From the NCBI GenBank assembly GCA_919901855.1, contig CAKKQC010000007.1, positions 87,517 through 151,516 on the forward strand: a stretch of 64,000 nt of DNA. Direction: 5' to 3'. This document shows positions 34,401-44,300 of the stretch, one piece after another. The notes beneath the pieces are model-generated. The model was not told the DNA's origin. It saw nothing but the letters and a program-made list of their open reading frames with translations, and did not search any database. A program made the translations under genes and the position numbers. Position 1 is the first letter of the stretch. Each line of letters opens with the position of its first letter. The stretch is from a bacterium. Lineage in GTDB: Bacteria > Oederibacteriota > CAKKQC01.

Positions 34401-34654
34401 CCGGCGCCGCTGATCTGGACGTGCCCGAAGCCGTAGAGGTACTTCCGGCCGTGGATGTAGCCGGAGGGGGCGGCGAGGTCCGTGTGGGGCGAAACCGAGA
34501 CCATGCCCCAGGGCACCTGCGCGCCCGGGTACGTGTTCCCGCCGCCCTCGGTCCCGATGAACGGATCGACGAGGTCGCAGAAGGATTCCGGCCGGGCGGG
34601 GGAACCCGCGCAGAGGGCGAGCAGCAGCGCGGCCCACGCCGGGTTCTTCAGCAT
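31448..34654 (-). CDS. GH92 alpha-mannosidase with C-terminal Ig-like and PA14 domains
   Basis: Track ORF; DLVDPFIGTEGGGNTYPGAQVPWGMV GH92 N-terminal signature; C-terminal ADYFDRMDLTGHS...FSVRWRGRVRAEETGVWTFYTFTDDGVRLWVDGRKIVNEW is PA14. Confidence 0.85.
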   Translation of the reverse strand: MLKNPAWAALLLALCAGSPARPESFCDLVDPFIGTEGGGNTYPGAQVPWGMVSVSPHTDLAAPSGYIHGRKYLYGFGHVQISGAGCSDLGNIRLMATIGPSGFEPDRYRSQFDNERAAPGFYRVDLTTWGTAVEATATERAGFTRFTFPARPHGDANILFDMGSRLSPDPGGGASPYLGAVWIVSTTELAGWSESGGFCGSSSRQRVHFAAVLSRPADSAKVWSDGALLNSGDASGPKVGALMSWATTKSEAIMVKVGISYVSIANARANLAAELPDWDFPGARLRARAAWETELSRVRAEGGTPDQRKIFYTALYHMLIHPNVISDVNGEYPGFRGSGPRKITGRAQYSVFSLWDTYRTVHPFLTLAYPARQLAMVQSMLEMAVDGGWLPKWELAGNETGVMVGDPGTIVVADAALKRLKGLDRDAAWEAVRRNAMATPNPVRPGFDAFLKHGYIPEDDPAAGPVWGSVSTTLEYALADWHAGRLALDLGKAEAEPLLERARCYRNLFDAGTGFLRPRNRDGSWSSPFDPAVNQTGSGGPGYVEGNAWQYAFFVQHDVPGLMALYGDQDAFTEKLQECVDSGYFALWNEPDFAWPYLFDYADGEAWRTQRLVRESLASSFKATPRGLPGNDDTGATSGWIVWSMIGLYPVCPGSGDYEIGSPVFDAVTVALDPAFWPGKALTIRAGRNGPLHPYIQWATLNGRPSNTPHLRFDDLVKGAVFACEMGPQRGAWGGTPRSPVIREQPWETTAVEGTLSRFSIRAGGTGPLEYQWRHNGQNIPGAVRRQLDLPVTPLDAAGSVFSCVVHSPFGGVESRGATLFVEPDRTAPAATSALLQRATAGNQVASVIVGFSEPVEVASAKSAPNYAFYPPLQVRDLKVATDGRSVTLELATAPPANRTCRLDVKNVRDRATRPNVMAPARLMVLPEGDGLRADYFDRMDLTGHSIRRIDPEINFNWGENSPDPAVPPEKFSVRWRGRVRAEETGVWTFYTFTDDGVRLWVDGRKIVNEWHDQRPGEHSGTVFMESGKVYEIWMEFFENTYTAQCDLRWSGPTIPKGIVPRKNLYSK

Positions 34655-34703
34655 GTCCCTAGCCTATCATGCGGCTCGCCCGATTCCGGCGGGCGGTGGA
34701 GGT

Positions 34704-35150
34704 CTAGAGGCCGCGGACCCGGTCGCGGGAGAGGTGGTATGCCGTGGACTGCTGGATGAGCGTCGCGATGCCGGGATTCCTGAGGAGGACCGCGTCGAAG
34801 GCCTTGCGCGAGAGGCTGTAGAGCTCGCCATCCTCGTCGCCGATGATGGTCGCGGTGCGGGGTGTGTTCCCGAGGAGCGCGACCTCGCCGAAGTATGTCC
34901 GCGGCCCCATGGTGTTGATCCGCTGCTTCATCAGGAACCTGGACTTGAAGACTCCGACCTTGCCGGATGCCACGATGTAGAACCGGTCGCCCACCTCGCC
35001 CTGCCGGATGATGACGTCGCCCTTCCGGTACGTCTGCTTCTCCATGGCGTTCAGGAGCGCGTCGAGTTCCGCCATCTTTAGGTTCTGGAAGAACGAGATC
35101 CTCTGAAGCAGGACCCGGAAGTCCGCGAGTTCGGAGCTGGTCGGTTCCAT
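34704..35150 (-). CDS. Cyclic-nucleotide-binding domain protein (standalone cNMP-binding, no HTH)
   Basis: Track ORF; GDVIIRQGEVGDRFYIVASGKV...YFGEVALLGNTPRTATI. Confidence 0.75.
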   Translation of the reverse strand: MEPTSSELADFRVLLQRISFFQNLKMAELDALLNAMEKQTYRKGDVIIRQGEVGDRFYIVASGKVGVFKSRFLMKQRINTMGPRTYFGEVALLGNTPRTATIIGDEDGELYSLSRKAFDAVLLRNPGIATLIQQSTAYHLSRDRVRGL

Positions 35151-35241
35151 GTCTTCGATATTGTAGGCCCAAATGTCCGCTGGGCCAAGGTGTTATACTA
35201 CCGCCCATGCCGGGCCCAGCGAGAGCGGCGATCCGCGCCCG

Positions 35242-38200
35242 ATGACCAATCAGCCCTCGGGCCGCGGACCCCACCCCCCTCCGGACGACTTCGACGGCAC
35301 CCTGCGGCAGACCGACGATGCCGTCGGGAAGACCCGCGATCTATCCGTTCCCACCGGGGTCGAACAGCAGGCTAACGCGCCGCGCATAGCGGGGTATGTG
35401 CTGACGGCCCTGCTGGGGCAGGGGGCATACGCGCAGGTGTGGCGGGCATGGCAAGTCAGGACGCGGAAGTGGGTGGCCATCAAATGCTTCCTGGCGCGCG
35501 GCGGGGTGAACTGGATGCTCCTCCAGCGGGAGATGGAGCGGCTGATCCGGCTGGACAAGCACCCGCACATCGTGTCCCTGCTGGATGCCGACCTCACTTC
35601 GGACCCAGCCTGGTATGCGCTCGATCTCCTGGAAGCCGGATCGCTGGACCAATACGTGGACCCCACGAAGCTCGTGGGCGTGGACCGGGCGGCGAAGTGG
35701 ATGGAGGAGGTGGCGGAGGCGCTCTCGTACGTGCACTCGAAGGGGATCATTCACTGCGACCTCAAGCCCGCGAACGTCCTGCTCGACGACATGGGGCATG
35801 CGCGGGTGGCGGACTTCGGGCAGTCGAAGGTGCTGAACGAGTCGTCGGGCGCCCTGGGGACGCTCTTCTACATGGCGCCCGAGCAGGCGATGATTTCACA
35901 CGGCGGGGCGGGCGTCCAGCCGGACGTGCGGTGGGACGTGTACGCGCTGGGGGCGAGCATGTACGCGGTGCTTACGGGGAAGGTACCGAACCTGGAAAGC
36001 CTGAAGGCGCGGCTGACGGCGAGTGCCGGGCTGGAGGAGCGTCTGAACGCGTACCGGGAGCTGACGCGGGGAGCCGTGCTCCAGTCGTCGCGGGCGGTGC
36101 GCGGCCCGGTGGTGGACGAGGACCTGTCCGCGATCGTGGGCAAGTGCCTGGCGTACGACCCGAACCGGCGGTACGACTCGATGGGGGCGGTTCTGGCGGA
36201 TCTCAAGGCGCGTCGCGAGTCGCGTCCGGTGACTCCCCTGGCGCATCGCCGCCTCTACCGCGTGCACAAGGCCCTGCGCAGGAACCGCGTTGCCAACGCC
36301 GTCGCCGCCGTTGGGATCGCGTGCTTGGCCGTGGCGTTTGCCGAGATCGCGAGCGAACGGGATGCGGTCAAGAGCCAGATGGGCCTCCTGTACGGCGAGC
36401 GGGGGCGGCGGATGGCGGAGGCGAGTGACGACGCGTCGGCGTTCCTCTTCTTCGCCCGGGCGTACGCCATCTGCGGGACCGATGTGGCCCGCGCCAACGC
36501 GGCCTCCTTCGCGCGCGCCTTCCCCCTGCCCCTCGGCGTCCTCGAAGCCTCCCGGCCCGTGACGGGCGTCTGCTTCAGTCCCGACGGGAAACGGGTCGCC
36601 GTGCTCGAGTTCAACCGGACCGTCCGGCTCTGGGACCCGGCCGCGATGGCCAGGATCGGCGCGCCCTTGGCGCACGCCTACTCCGTCCGCCGGATGGCGT
36701 TCAGCCCGGACGGCAGTCGGCTGGTGACGGCCGGCGCCGACGGGGTGGCGCGCGTCTGGGACGCGGAGACGGGTGCGGAACTGGGGGTGATCTTGCGGCA
36801 CGAGGACGAGGTCACGGAGGCCGTCTTCGGCCCGGCGGGATCGTGGATCATGACGTCCGGGCTGGACGGGGTCGTATCCCGCTGGGACGCGAAGACCGGC
36901 AAGCGGCTGGGCACGGTCCGCACCGGATCGGCCGTGCTCGCGCTGGCGCTGAGTCCGGACAGGGCGACGTTCGCGACTGGGGGTGCGGATCGGACCGCGC
37001 GGCTGTGGCGGGCCGGGGGCATGACGCCGGCGGGGCCCCCCCTGCGGCATCGCGCCGCAGTGGCGGGAGTGGCTTTCAGCCCGGATGGCGCGAACCTGCT
37101 GGCCTGGAGCGAGGACCAGATGGCCCGGCTCTGGTCGGCCGGCGGGGTGTCCAGGCGCGAGCAGGGAGGCGTGTCCCGAATCTTCGACCGGCCGTTCAGT
37201 CCCGACGGACGGCGGCTCATCCTGGCCATGGACGGCCGGACGCTCCAGCTCATGGACATGGCAACGTGGCGGGCCCTGCCGGGCGTGATGACCCACTCCG
37301 ATTGCGTGAACGCCGCCGCCTTCAGTCCGGACGGCGCACTAATCGCCACGGCCTCGTCGGACGGAACGGTGAAGTTGTGGGACGGGCGGACCGCCGAGCC
37401 CACCGGCCGGAGCCTCCAGCACGACGGCGACGTCTACGCGGTCGCGTTCAGCGGAGACGGGAGACTGATCGTGAGCGGGGGAGCGGACCTCACCGCCCGC
37501 CTCTGGGGCAGGCCCGAAGCGGGGTCGCACCGGACGGAGCTCGCATTGCGGACCGCGCTGACCGCGGCGGCGCTCTCTCCGGACGGGTCGCGCGTGGCGA
37601 CGGGGGAGACCGGCAAGGTGATCCGGGTCCTGGATGCCCGCACGGGAACGGTACTGTGGACCCGACCGGTGAAGGAGATTCCCTCGCGGCTGGCGCTCAG
37701 CGGGGACGGCCGGTGGGTCGGCGCCGTCGTCGGCGGGACCTTCGTGGTCTTCGATGCGGCCTCGTCGGGTCCCCCGAAGGCCATGGGACGCGTAGACGAG
37801 GCGGTTCCGCCGTGCCTCAGCCGGGACGGCGGCCGGGCCATGACCGTGGACGGCGGCCGGATCCGGCTTTGGAACGTCGCGACGGGCGCGGCGGCCGGCG
37901 ACTTCGGGGGTGCGGACCCGGTGACCGCGGCGGAGCTGGACGCGGACGGCGTCACCGTCGCCTACGGGACGAGGGGCGGCGAGGCGGGCGTCTGGAACAG
38001 CCGGGGGGGGAAGAGGCAGGAACGGGCGACGCCCGCGGCGGGCGCCGCCGCCGGGGAGGACCGCCGGGCTGACAACCCCGTCGGCGCGGTGGCCCTCAGT
38101 CCGGACGGGCTGACCCTGGTATCGGCCGGTGCCGACCAGGCTGTCCGGGTCCGGGACGCCGCGTCCGGGGAAGAGACCGGGGTCGTCGTCCGGCCCGGCG

Positions 38201-38586
38201 GGACCGTCGTGCGCCTCGCCTTCTCGCCGGACGGCCGGGCGTTCGTGACCGCCTGCGACGACGGCTGGATCAGGATCTGGCACACCGGCACCGGCGAACT
38301 GCTGGGGAAGCCGCTGCGGGCCGACGGCGCGGTCTCGGCCCTGGTCTGCGCCAGTCTGGGCGACGGCGTCGCGGTCGTCGCAGTCGACATGGAAGGAAGG
38401 ACGCGGGCGTGGGACGCCGGGTGGCTGGCCGCCGCCGAGCCGCCCGCGGAGATCACGCGCAACGCGAACCTGGCGACCTTCCGCCGTGTCGATGAACGGG
38501 GCAGTATTGTTCCGCTGGGGCCGGGCGAGTTGGAGGCACTCAAACAGGGGAGGCCGTCTTCGGCGGTCTCGAGGAGGCACAAGTGA
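35242..38586 (+). CDS. Hanks-type Ser/Thr protein kinase with single TM segment and C-terminal WD40 beta-propeller repeats (paralog 1)
   Basis: Track ORF 35173..38586 trimmed to ATG 35242 (MTNQPSGRGPHPPPDDFDG) by alignment with paralog 2. Motifs GQGAYAQVW...VAIK, HCDLKPANVLL, DFG and APE; TM NAVAAVGIACLAVAFAEIA; repeated ...FSPDG..L.T.G.DG..RLWD... Confidence 0.8.
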   Translation: MTNQPSGRGPHPPPDDFDGTLRQTDDAVGKTRDLSVPTGVEQQANAPRIAGYVLTALLGQGAYAQVWRAWQVRTRKWVAIKCFLARGGVNWMLLQREMERLIRLDKHPHIVSLLDADLTSDPAWYALDLLEAGSLDQYVDPTKLVGVDRAAKWMEEVAEALSYVHSKGIIHCDLKPANVLLDDMGHARVADFGQSKVLNESSGALGTLFYMAPEQAMISHGGAGVQPDVRWDVYALGASMYAVLTGKVPNLESLKARLTASAGLEERLNAYRELTRGAVLQSSRAVRGPVVDEDLSAIVGKCLAYDPNRRYDSMGAVLADLKARRESRPVTPLAHRRLYRVHKALRRNRVANAVAAVGIACLAVAFAEIASERDAVKSQMGLLYGERGRRMAEASDDASAFLFFARAYAICGTDVARANAASFARAFPLPLGVLEASRPVTGVCFSPDGKRVAVLEFNRTVRLWDPAAMARIGAPLAHAYSVRRMAFSPDGSRLVTAGADGVARVWDAETGAELGVILRHEDEVTEAVFGPAGSWIMTSGLDGVVSRWDAKTGKRLGTVRTGSAVLALALSPDRATFATGGADRTARLWRAGGMTPAGPPLRHRAAVAGVAFSPDGANLLAWSEDQMARLWSAGGVSRREQGGVSRIFDRPFSPDGRRLILAMDGRTLQLMDMATWRALPGVMTHSDCVNAAAFSPDGALIATASSDGTVKLWDGRTAEPTGRSLQHDGDVYAVAFSGDGRLIVSGGADLTARLWGRPEAGSHRTELALRTALTAAALSPDGSRVATGETGKVIRVLDARTGTVLWTRPVKEIPSRLALSGDGRWVGAVVGGTFVVFDAASSGPPKAMGRVDEAVPPCLSRDGGRAMTVDGGRIRLWNVATGAAAGDFGGADPVTAAELDADGVTVAYGTRGGEAGVWNSRGGKRQERATPAAGAAAGEDRRADNPVGAVALSPDGLTLVSAGADQAVRVRDAASGEETGVVVRPGGTVVRLAFSPDGRAFVTACDDGWIRIWHTGTGELLGKPLRADGAVSALVCASLGDGVAVVAVDMEGRTRAWDAGWLAAAEPPAEITRNANLATFRRVDERGSIVPLGPGELEALKQGRPSSAVSRRHK
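35260..36260. repeat. ~1 kb direct repeat (kinase-domain coding region), copy 1; partner at 41407..42400 (~88-90% nt identity)
   Basis: Long identical runs, e.g. gacttcgacggcaccctgcggcagaccgacga and catcaaatgcttcctggcgcg / catcaagtgcttcctggcgcg. Confidence 0.7.
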
Positions 38587-41381
38587 AGGGACTCAAGAGT
38601 TTTCTGGAGGATCTGGGGCGGGGCGCGGGCACTGCGGCGGCCTGGGGACTGTGGGCGGAGGCGAGCCGGGCGCTCTTCGTGCTTGTCGGGTTGGGACTGG
38701 TCGTCGCCACGGTGGACGTGTTCCTGTCCATCTTTTGGAGGTGCGTGCCGTGGGAGTATTTCCAACTGTGGTATAGGATCGCGGCTGTGACGGTGGATCC
38801 GACCCCGGAGCTCCTCGGGTTCGTCGTGATCGTGATTGCGGGAGCCTTCGCGGCCTCGCTCCTGTTCGGCGCGATCTCGCTGGTGATGGCCCGGGGCCGC
38901 GCGGAGCCGGCCGCAGGCAGAGATGCGCCTGCGGCGGGAGCCGACAGGATCGTGGCCGCTGCCCGGCCGCTCTACACCGCGCTGGGAGCGGCAGGGGCGG
39001 GGTACGTTTTCCTTTGGCAGGTCTGGGAGGATCTCAACCGGGCCAGTTGGAACTGGGAGGGGAGTTTCATCTATGTCGAGCGGTCGGCGTTTCCCCTGAG
39101 CCTGGTGCAGGCGGACCTCGTCATCCTGCTGGGGCTGGCCGTGATCCTGATCGGGCTCGCCTGGACCCTGCCGGCGCGAGTCGACCGGGTCTTTGCCCGC
39201 GAGTCCCGGGCCGGGGAATCCGGATTGTGGGTGACGGGACTCCTCCATCTGCTCCTGGCGGTTTCGCTCGTTCCGGCCGCACTGCTCGTCTGGTCCGTGG
39301 GTTTCTCCGCCAGCACGGTCCTGGGCTTCCTGGACGGACACTGGCTCAGGATGCTCCTGGTCGTGGGTTTGCTCGTGGTCCTGTTCGTCCGGATGACCGG
39401 ATGGCGGCGCAACTTCCTCTCGTTGTTTACGGCCCCCGCTGGGTCGAGACCGGCCGGCGCGACGCTGAAGACGATGCTCGTGCACATGGTGATCCTCACG
39501 GCGGCCGCGGTCGGGTGCTGGGTGCCGGTGCGCGTGTACTGGTCCCTGAAGCTCCACGGGCTCGAGGGATCCGTCCGGCAGAAGGGGCATCCCGTGAGCC
39601 TGGCGGATCTGCCCAGACCGGTGGAAGGCCGGGCGCTCACCCGGGACGAGCTGGTCAAGGTCGTGGCCGAGTTCGATCGCGAAGCCAGTACGCCGGCCGA
39701 ACAGATCAGGATGCTCCGTGAGCGTGCCAAGGGGGAGGCGCTGGACTCCTGGAGACTCAAGCTCGCCGGGGGTGCGCCGGGCGGGGCTGCCGTACCTCCG
39801 GAGGCCACTCCGGGATTCGACGACCGCGGGTGGGAGAACGTGAAGGTGGGGGACGGTCCACAGCCCCAATTGGAGGGTCGCTTCGGATGGGCGTGGTTCC
39901 GCACGACGGTCAACCTCACCCGCAAGGACCTGGACGGCGGGCTGACGAGGCTGACCTTCTGGGGTGTCGACGAGAACGCGGTCGTCTACGTGAACGGGTC
40001 GTTGGTGGGCGAGCACCGGAAGTGGGTTGAGCCGTTCCAACTGGACGGACGGAAGGTATTCCGTCCCGGTGCCAACGTGATTGCCGTGTGTGTCGAGAAC
40101 ACGCAGGGCCCGGGGGGCATCTGGAGGCCCGTCCAGGTCACGCGGGCGATCGACATGAAGGCTTGGGCTGTGGCCGGCAAGACGAAGAGTTACTGGGGGA
40201 CCGTCGAGGACATGTACCTGGCAAAGGTTGTGCTTCGGCGTCGGGACGGCGAAGCCCTGCGCCATGTCCGAGCCGCACTCGGCACGGCCGCCGGCCAGAG
40301 CCTGCAGCGCCTGGCCGGGGTTTCCGACGGGCGCGCATCTTACCGGGCATGGGACTACCCGAAGCTGGCGAAGGCGCCGTTCGACTACCGGATGGCGATC
40401 GATGCCACGTGGTACGGATACGGCACTCGCCGCACCCTCTCGGCGTTTGACCGGGCGATGGTCCTGAAGGCCGCCGTGGACGCCTCCGACGGCCGGATCG
40501 GGGCCGCGTGGGAGGACTTGCGGACGGTGGTCCGACTGGGCCGCCTGTTGGGCCAGGATCCGTTGTTCGTTTCGAAGTACGTGGAAAGGGACGCCATGCG
40601 GGCCGCGGCGGAAGGGGCCGTCACGATCCTCCTCAACAGCCCCGCGGCGGAGCTTCCCCGGGACTTGGCGCGCGATTTCGAGAACGCGGCGGCGACGGAC
40701 TTCTTCCCGGAGGCGGTCCGGGCATCCATCGCGTGGACGCTGGACGCGCATCGGTGGGAGCGCCGTGGGTGGGTACGGCCGAATCTTCCCGACAGCTACG
40801 GGGGAACAGGCAGGAGACCATCCGGGATCGCCCGGCTGGACCTGAGTCTCCGGTACCTGACGGGGGCGTGGGACGCCTCCGTGTGGTCGGCGCTCGGCGT
40901 CCTGCGCGAGTTCTCGTCCCCGGTGCCGGGCGGGGAGCTCGAGGCCAAGCGGACCGCGTTCCTGGCGCGGTCGAGGCGGGGCGGGTACTTCTGGCAGGGC
41001 GATTATGATCTCGGGAACGGGCTGTTCAAGGGTTACGTCTACATCTGCAAGCACGAATGGGTGGACAGGATGTGGTTCCAGTTGCCGCTCGTTTGCTCCG
41101 GTCTCAACCGGTACCGCGCCCAGAACGGCCGGTTTCCTGCCGCCCTCAAGGAGTTGAGTCCGCGGTTCGTCCCGGCCGTCTGTCTCAAGGACCCGTTCAC
41201 GAACGGGTGGCTGAGCTACGAGGCGAAAGGGAGCAGCTACCAGATCCTGAGCGACGGACCGGACGGGAACGGCTTCGTCTACTGGGACAGCAAGAACCAC
41301 ACCTGGCGCACAAAGGTCCTGGTCCAGTATCCGTTGCCTCCGGCGGTCAAGGGCGACATCAGGATCATGAGGGAGCAGTAG
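38583..41381 (+). CDS. Polytopic membrane protein (~8 TM) with GH2-N/galactose-binding-like jelly-roll domain and pseudopilin (GspG)-like C-terminal domain
   Basis: Track ORF, GTG overlapping the kinase stop (GTGA); GWENVKVGDGPQPQ...LTFWGVDENAVVYVNGSLVGEH...GANVIAVCVEN; C-terminus CLKDPFTNGWLSYEAKGSSYQILSDGPDGNGFVYWD. Confidence 0.65.
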   Translation: MKGLKSFLEDLGRGAGTAAAWGLWAEASRALFVLVGLGLVVATVDVFLSIFWRCVPWEYFQLWYRIAAVTVDPTPELLGFVVIVIAGAFAASLLFGAISLVMARGRAEPAAGRDAPAAGADRIVAAARPLYTALGAAGAGYVFLWQVWEDLNRASWNWEGSFIYVERSAFPLSLVQADLVILLGLAVILIGLAWTLPARVDRVFARESRAGESGLWVTGLLHLLLAVSLVPAALLVWSVGFSASTVLGFLDGHWLRMLLVVGLLVVLFVRMTGWRRNFLSLFTAPAGSRPAGATLKTMLVHMVILTAAAVGCWVPVRVYWSLKLHGLEGSVRQKGHPVSLADLPRPVEGRALTRDELVKVVAEFDREASTPAEQIRMLRERAKGEALDSWRLKLAGGAPGGAAVPPEATPGFDDRGWENVKVGDGPQPQLEGRFGWAWFRTTVNLTRKDLDGGLTRLTFWGVDENAVVYVNGSLVGEHRKWVEPFQLDGRKVFRPGANVIAVCVENTQGPGGIWRPVQVTRAIDMKAWAVAGKTKSYWGTVEDMYLAKVVLRRRDGEALRHVRAALGTAAGQSLQRLAGVSDGRASYRAWDYPKLAKAPFDYRMAIDATWYGYGTRRTLSAFDRAMVLKAAVDASDGRIGAAWEDLRTVVRLGRLLGQDPLFVSKYVERDAMRAAAEGAVTILLNSPAAELPRDLARDFENAAATDFFPEAVRASIAWTLDAHRWERRGWVRPNLPDSYGGTGRRPSGIARLDLSLRYLTGAWDASVWSALGVLREFSSPVPGGELEAKRTAFLARSRRGGYFWQGDYDLGNGLFKGYVYICKHEWVDRMWFQLPLVCSGLNRYRAQNGRFPAALKELSPRFVPAVCLKDPFTNGWLSYEAKGSSYQILSDGPDGNGFVYWDSKNHTWRTKVLVQYPLPPAVKGDIRIMREQ

Positions 41382-41388
41382 CGGAAGG

Positions 41389-44300
41389 ATGACCGAACCC
41401 GCGACACCGCGCACGCCGCCGCCGGACGACTTCGACGGCACCCTGCGGCAGACCGACGAGGCCGTCGGGAAGACCCGGGATCTCTCCGTGCCCACCGGGG
41501 TCGAACAGCAGGCGAACGCCCCACGGATAGCCGGGTATGTCTTGACCGCCCTGCTGGGGCAGGGCGCGTACGCGCAGGTGTGGAAGGCGTGGCAGGTGCG
41601 GACGCGGAAGTGGGTGGCCATCAAGTGCTTCCTGGCGCGGGGCGGCGTGAACTGGATGCTCCTCCAGCGGGAGATGGAGCGATTGATCCGGCTGGACAAG
41701 CACCCGCACATCGTCTCCCTGCTCGATGCGGACCTGACGGCCGATCCTGCCTGGTATGCGCTCGACCTGCTGGAGGCGGGGTCGCTGGAGCAGTACGTGG
41801 ACCCGGCGAAGCTGGTGGGCGTGGACTCGGCGGCGAAGTGGATGGAGGAGATCGCGGAAGCGCTGTCGTATGTGCACACGAAGGGGATCATCCACTGCGA
41901 CCTGAAGCCGGCGAACGTGTTGTTGGACGACATGGGGCACGCGCGGGTGGCGGACTTCGGGCAGTCGAAGGTCCTGAACGAGTCGTCGGGCGCGCTGGGC
42001 ACGCTGTTCTACATGGCTCCGGAGCAGGCCATGATCTCGCAGGGCGGGGCGGGAATCCAGCCGGACGTGCGGTGGGACGTGTACGCGCTGGGCGCGAGCG
42101 CGTATGCGGTGCTGACGGGGAAGGTGCCGAACCTCGAGAGCCTGAAGGACCGGCTCACGACCAGCCCGGGGCTCGAGGACCGGCTGAGCGCGTACCGGGA
42201 GCTGACGCGGGGGGCCGTGCTCCCGTCGGCGCGGGAGGTGCGTGGCCTGGTGGTGGACGAGGACCTGTCCGCGATCGTGGGCAAGTGCCTTGCCTACGAC
42301 CCGGATGCGCGATACGACTCGATGGGAGCGGTGCTCGCGGATCTCAAGGCGCGGCGGGAGTCGCGACCGGTGACTCCGTTGGCTGCGAGTCGACGCTACC
42401 GAACGGGGAAGTTCCTGCGGCGCAACGCGATCTTGGTTGCCGTTTGCGGCATCGCGCTGGTTGCGCTCGCGGGAGCATTCAGCCAGGTCGTGCGGAAGCA
42501 GAGGCTCGCCACCCGCCAGTTGGCGGACTCCTACCTTCTGCGGGCTGAGCAGATGGCCGCGCAGGATGATGTGCCGGCCGCCGCCATCTACTCCGCGGAG
42601 GCCAACCGCATCCTGCCTTCCGCGGTGGCGCGCATGAACGGAATGGCATTCCTGAGCGAGATGGACATGCCTGTGTTCGAGGCGCGGGACGAGCACGAAC
42701 TGAAGCTGGCCGATTTCTGCGCGGATGGCGCGCAGATCGTGACCCTCTGCGACGAGGGGGAAATCAGGAGGTGGGATGCGGAGACCGGCAAGCCGGTCAG
42801 AGGCACCGTGAAGCTGGCCGGGGCCGGGCCGGGGATAGCCTTCGCCGAGATCAGCCAGGACCGGCGGACACTGCTCACCTGCGGTGATGGGGGGAAGGCC
42901 TGGGGGGGCGTCACGGTTCGGGTGTGGGATGTCGCAACCGGGAAGGCGATGGGTGAGCCCCTGAAGATGGGCCCGTTGATGACGATCGGGGGCTGGAATC
43001 TCGGCGCCATCTTCAGTCCGGACGGCGGACGCGTGCTGACTTTCGGTAACAGCGCGGTAGCCAGGCTGTGGGATGGGCGGAACCTGCGGGCGGTTGGCAA
43101 GGGCTTCGTGTGCGGCAGCACGGTGAGGGCCGCGGCGTTCAGTCCGGACGGGATGAGCGTGGCCACCGGAGGACAGGATGGGGTGCAACTCTGGAACATC
43201 AAGTCCGGCAAGGCATTGAACCTGCGGCATGGGGCGGAGGTCAGCCAGATATCCTTCAGCCGGGACGGCCGGTTGCTGGTGGTGGCGGGGGGGGCAGGCG
43301 TGCGCGTGTGGGATACCCGCACTGGTAAACAGGTCGGGCTGGAGTTCCGGCACGACAAGGATGTCAAGTTCGCGGCGCTCAGCCCGGATGGGTCGGGCCT
43401 GCTGACGGGGGGCGATGACCAGACCGGCCGGATGTGGGACGTCGGGACCGGCGAGCTCGTTCGCGGCGACCTGCGGCATCATGGGATGCTGCTCGGGGGG
43501 GAGTTCAGTCAGTACGGGACCCGTGTATTGACGGGTGCCGCCGACAACACTGCCCGGGTCTGGGGTCCCGAGCCGGGCAATCCACCCCTTCTGGTTCTAC
43601 ATCACGAGCGCCGACTCCTGGACGCCGTCTTCGGCCCGGACGGCACGAAGATCCTCACCCGGATGGAAGGCGGATCGGTGCGCATATGGGATGTGGCGCA
43701 GGCCGACCGGAAGGTGAGGACCATCCGTCCGAGCCCCTGGCTGGCGGATGTCCGGTTCAACCCGCGCCGGAACCTTATGGCCGTCGTGGACGGCTACGGA
43801 GCCATCACGCTGTTCCGGCGTGCGCGGCGCGGCTGGACCTACGTAGCGAAACACCCGTCGCTGGGCGGCATCCAGAAGGTATTCCTGGACTCGGAAGGCA
43901 AACGGGTGGTCGGCGTCGGCTGGGACAACTCCCTCGCGATCAGGGACGCCGGGAACGGGGAGATCGTCGCCCAGGTGCCTCCGGGGCCCGGAGAATGCCT
44001 GCTCGCGATGCCGAGTCCGGACGGGTTGCGGATCGTGACGGTGAGCCGTGATGCCGGGAGCGGCGATTTCGTATTCCGGGCTTTCAGAATGGAGGACGGG
44101 AAGCCCGACGGCAAACCGTTCACGGCCAAGGGCGGCGCCCCGTGGCTCGCCCTCAGCCCTGATTGCCGCAATGTCGTGCTGAAATCCGGCGACGGGAAGA
44201 CAACAAGGGTCTTCGATTTGGCGACCGGTTCTCAGGTGGGCTCTGACATGCGGCACGATTCCATTGTGCGCTACGTGCACTACGGCCAGGACGGTGAAGG

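Noticed and set aside
30372-34759. 1421-aa ORF 30372..34637 (-) and 841-aa ORF 32234..34759 (+)
   Set aside because: Above 31451 the first is an off-frame shadow of the GH92 gene; only its 3' 359 codons are a real separate gene. The plus ORF is an Arg-rich antisense shadow.
35896-43482. Minus-strand ORFs 35896..37296, 37339..38580, 37962..42002 (1346 aa), 41365..43482 and plus off-frame ORFs 35439..36428, 36843..38072, 39014..39721, 41580..42548
   Set aside because: They are antisense or off-frame shadows of the kinase / membrane / kinase operon.
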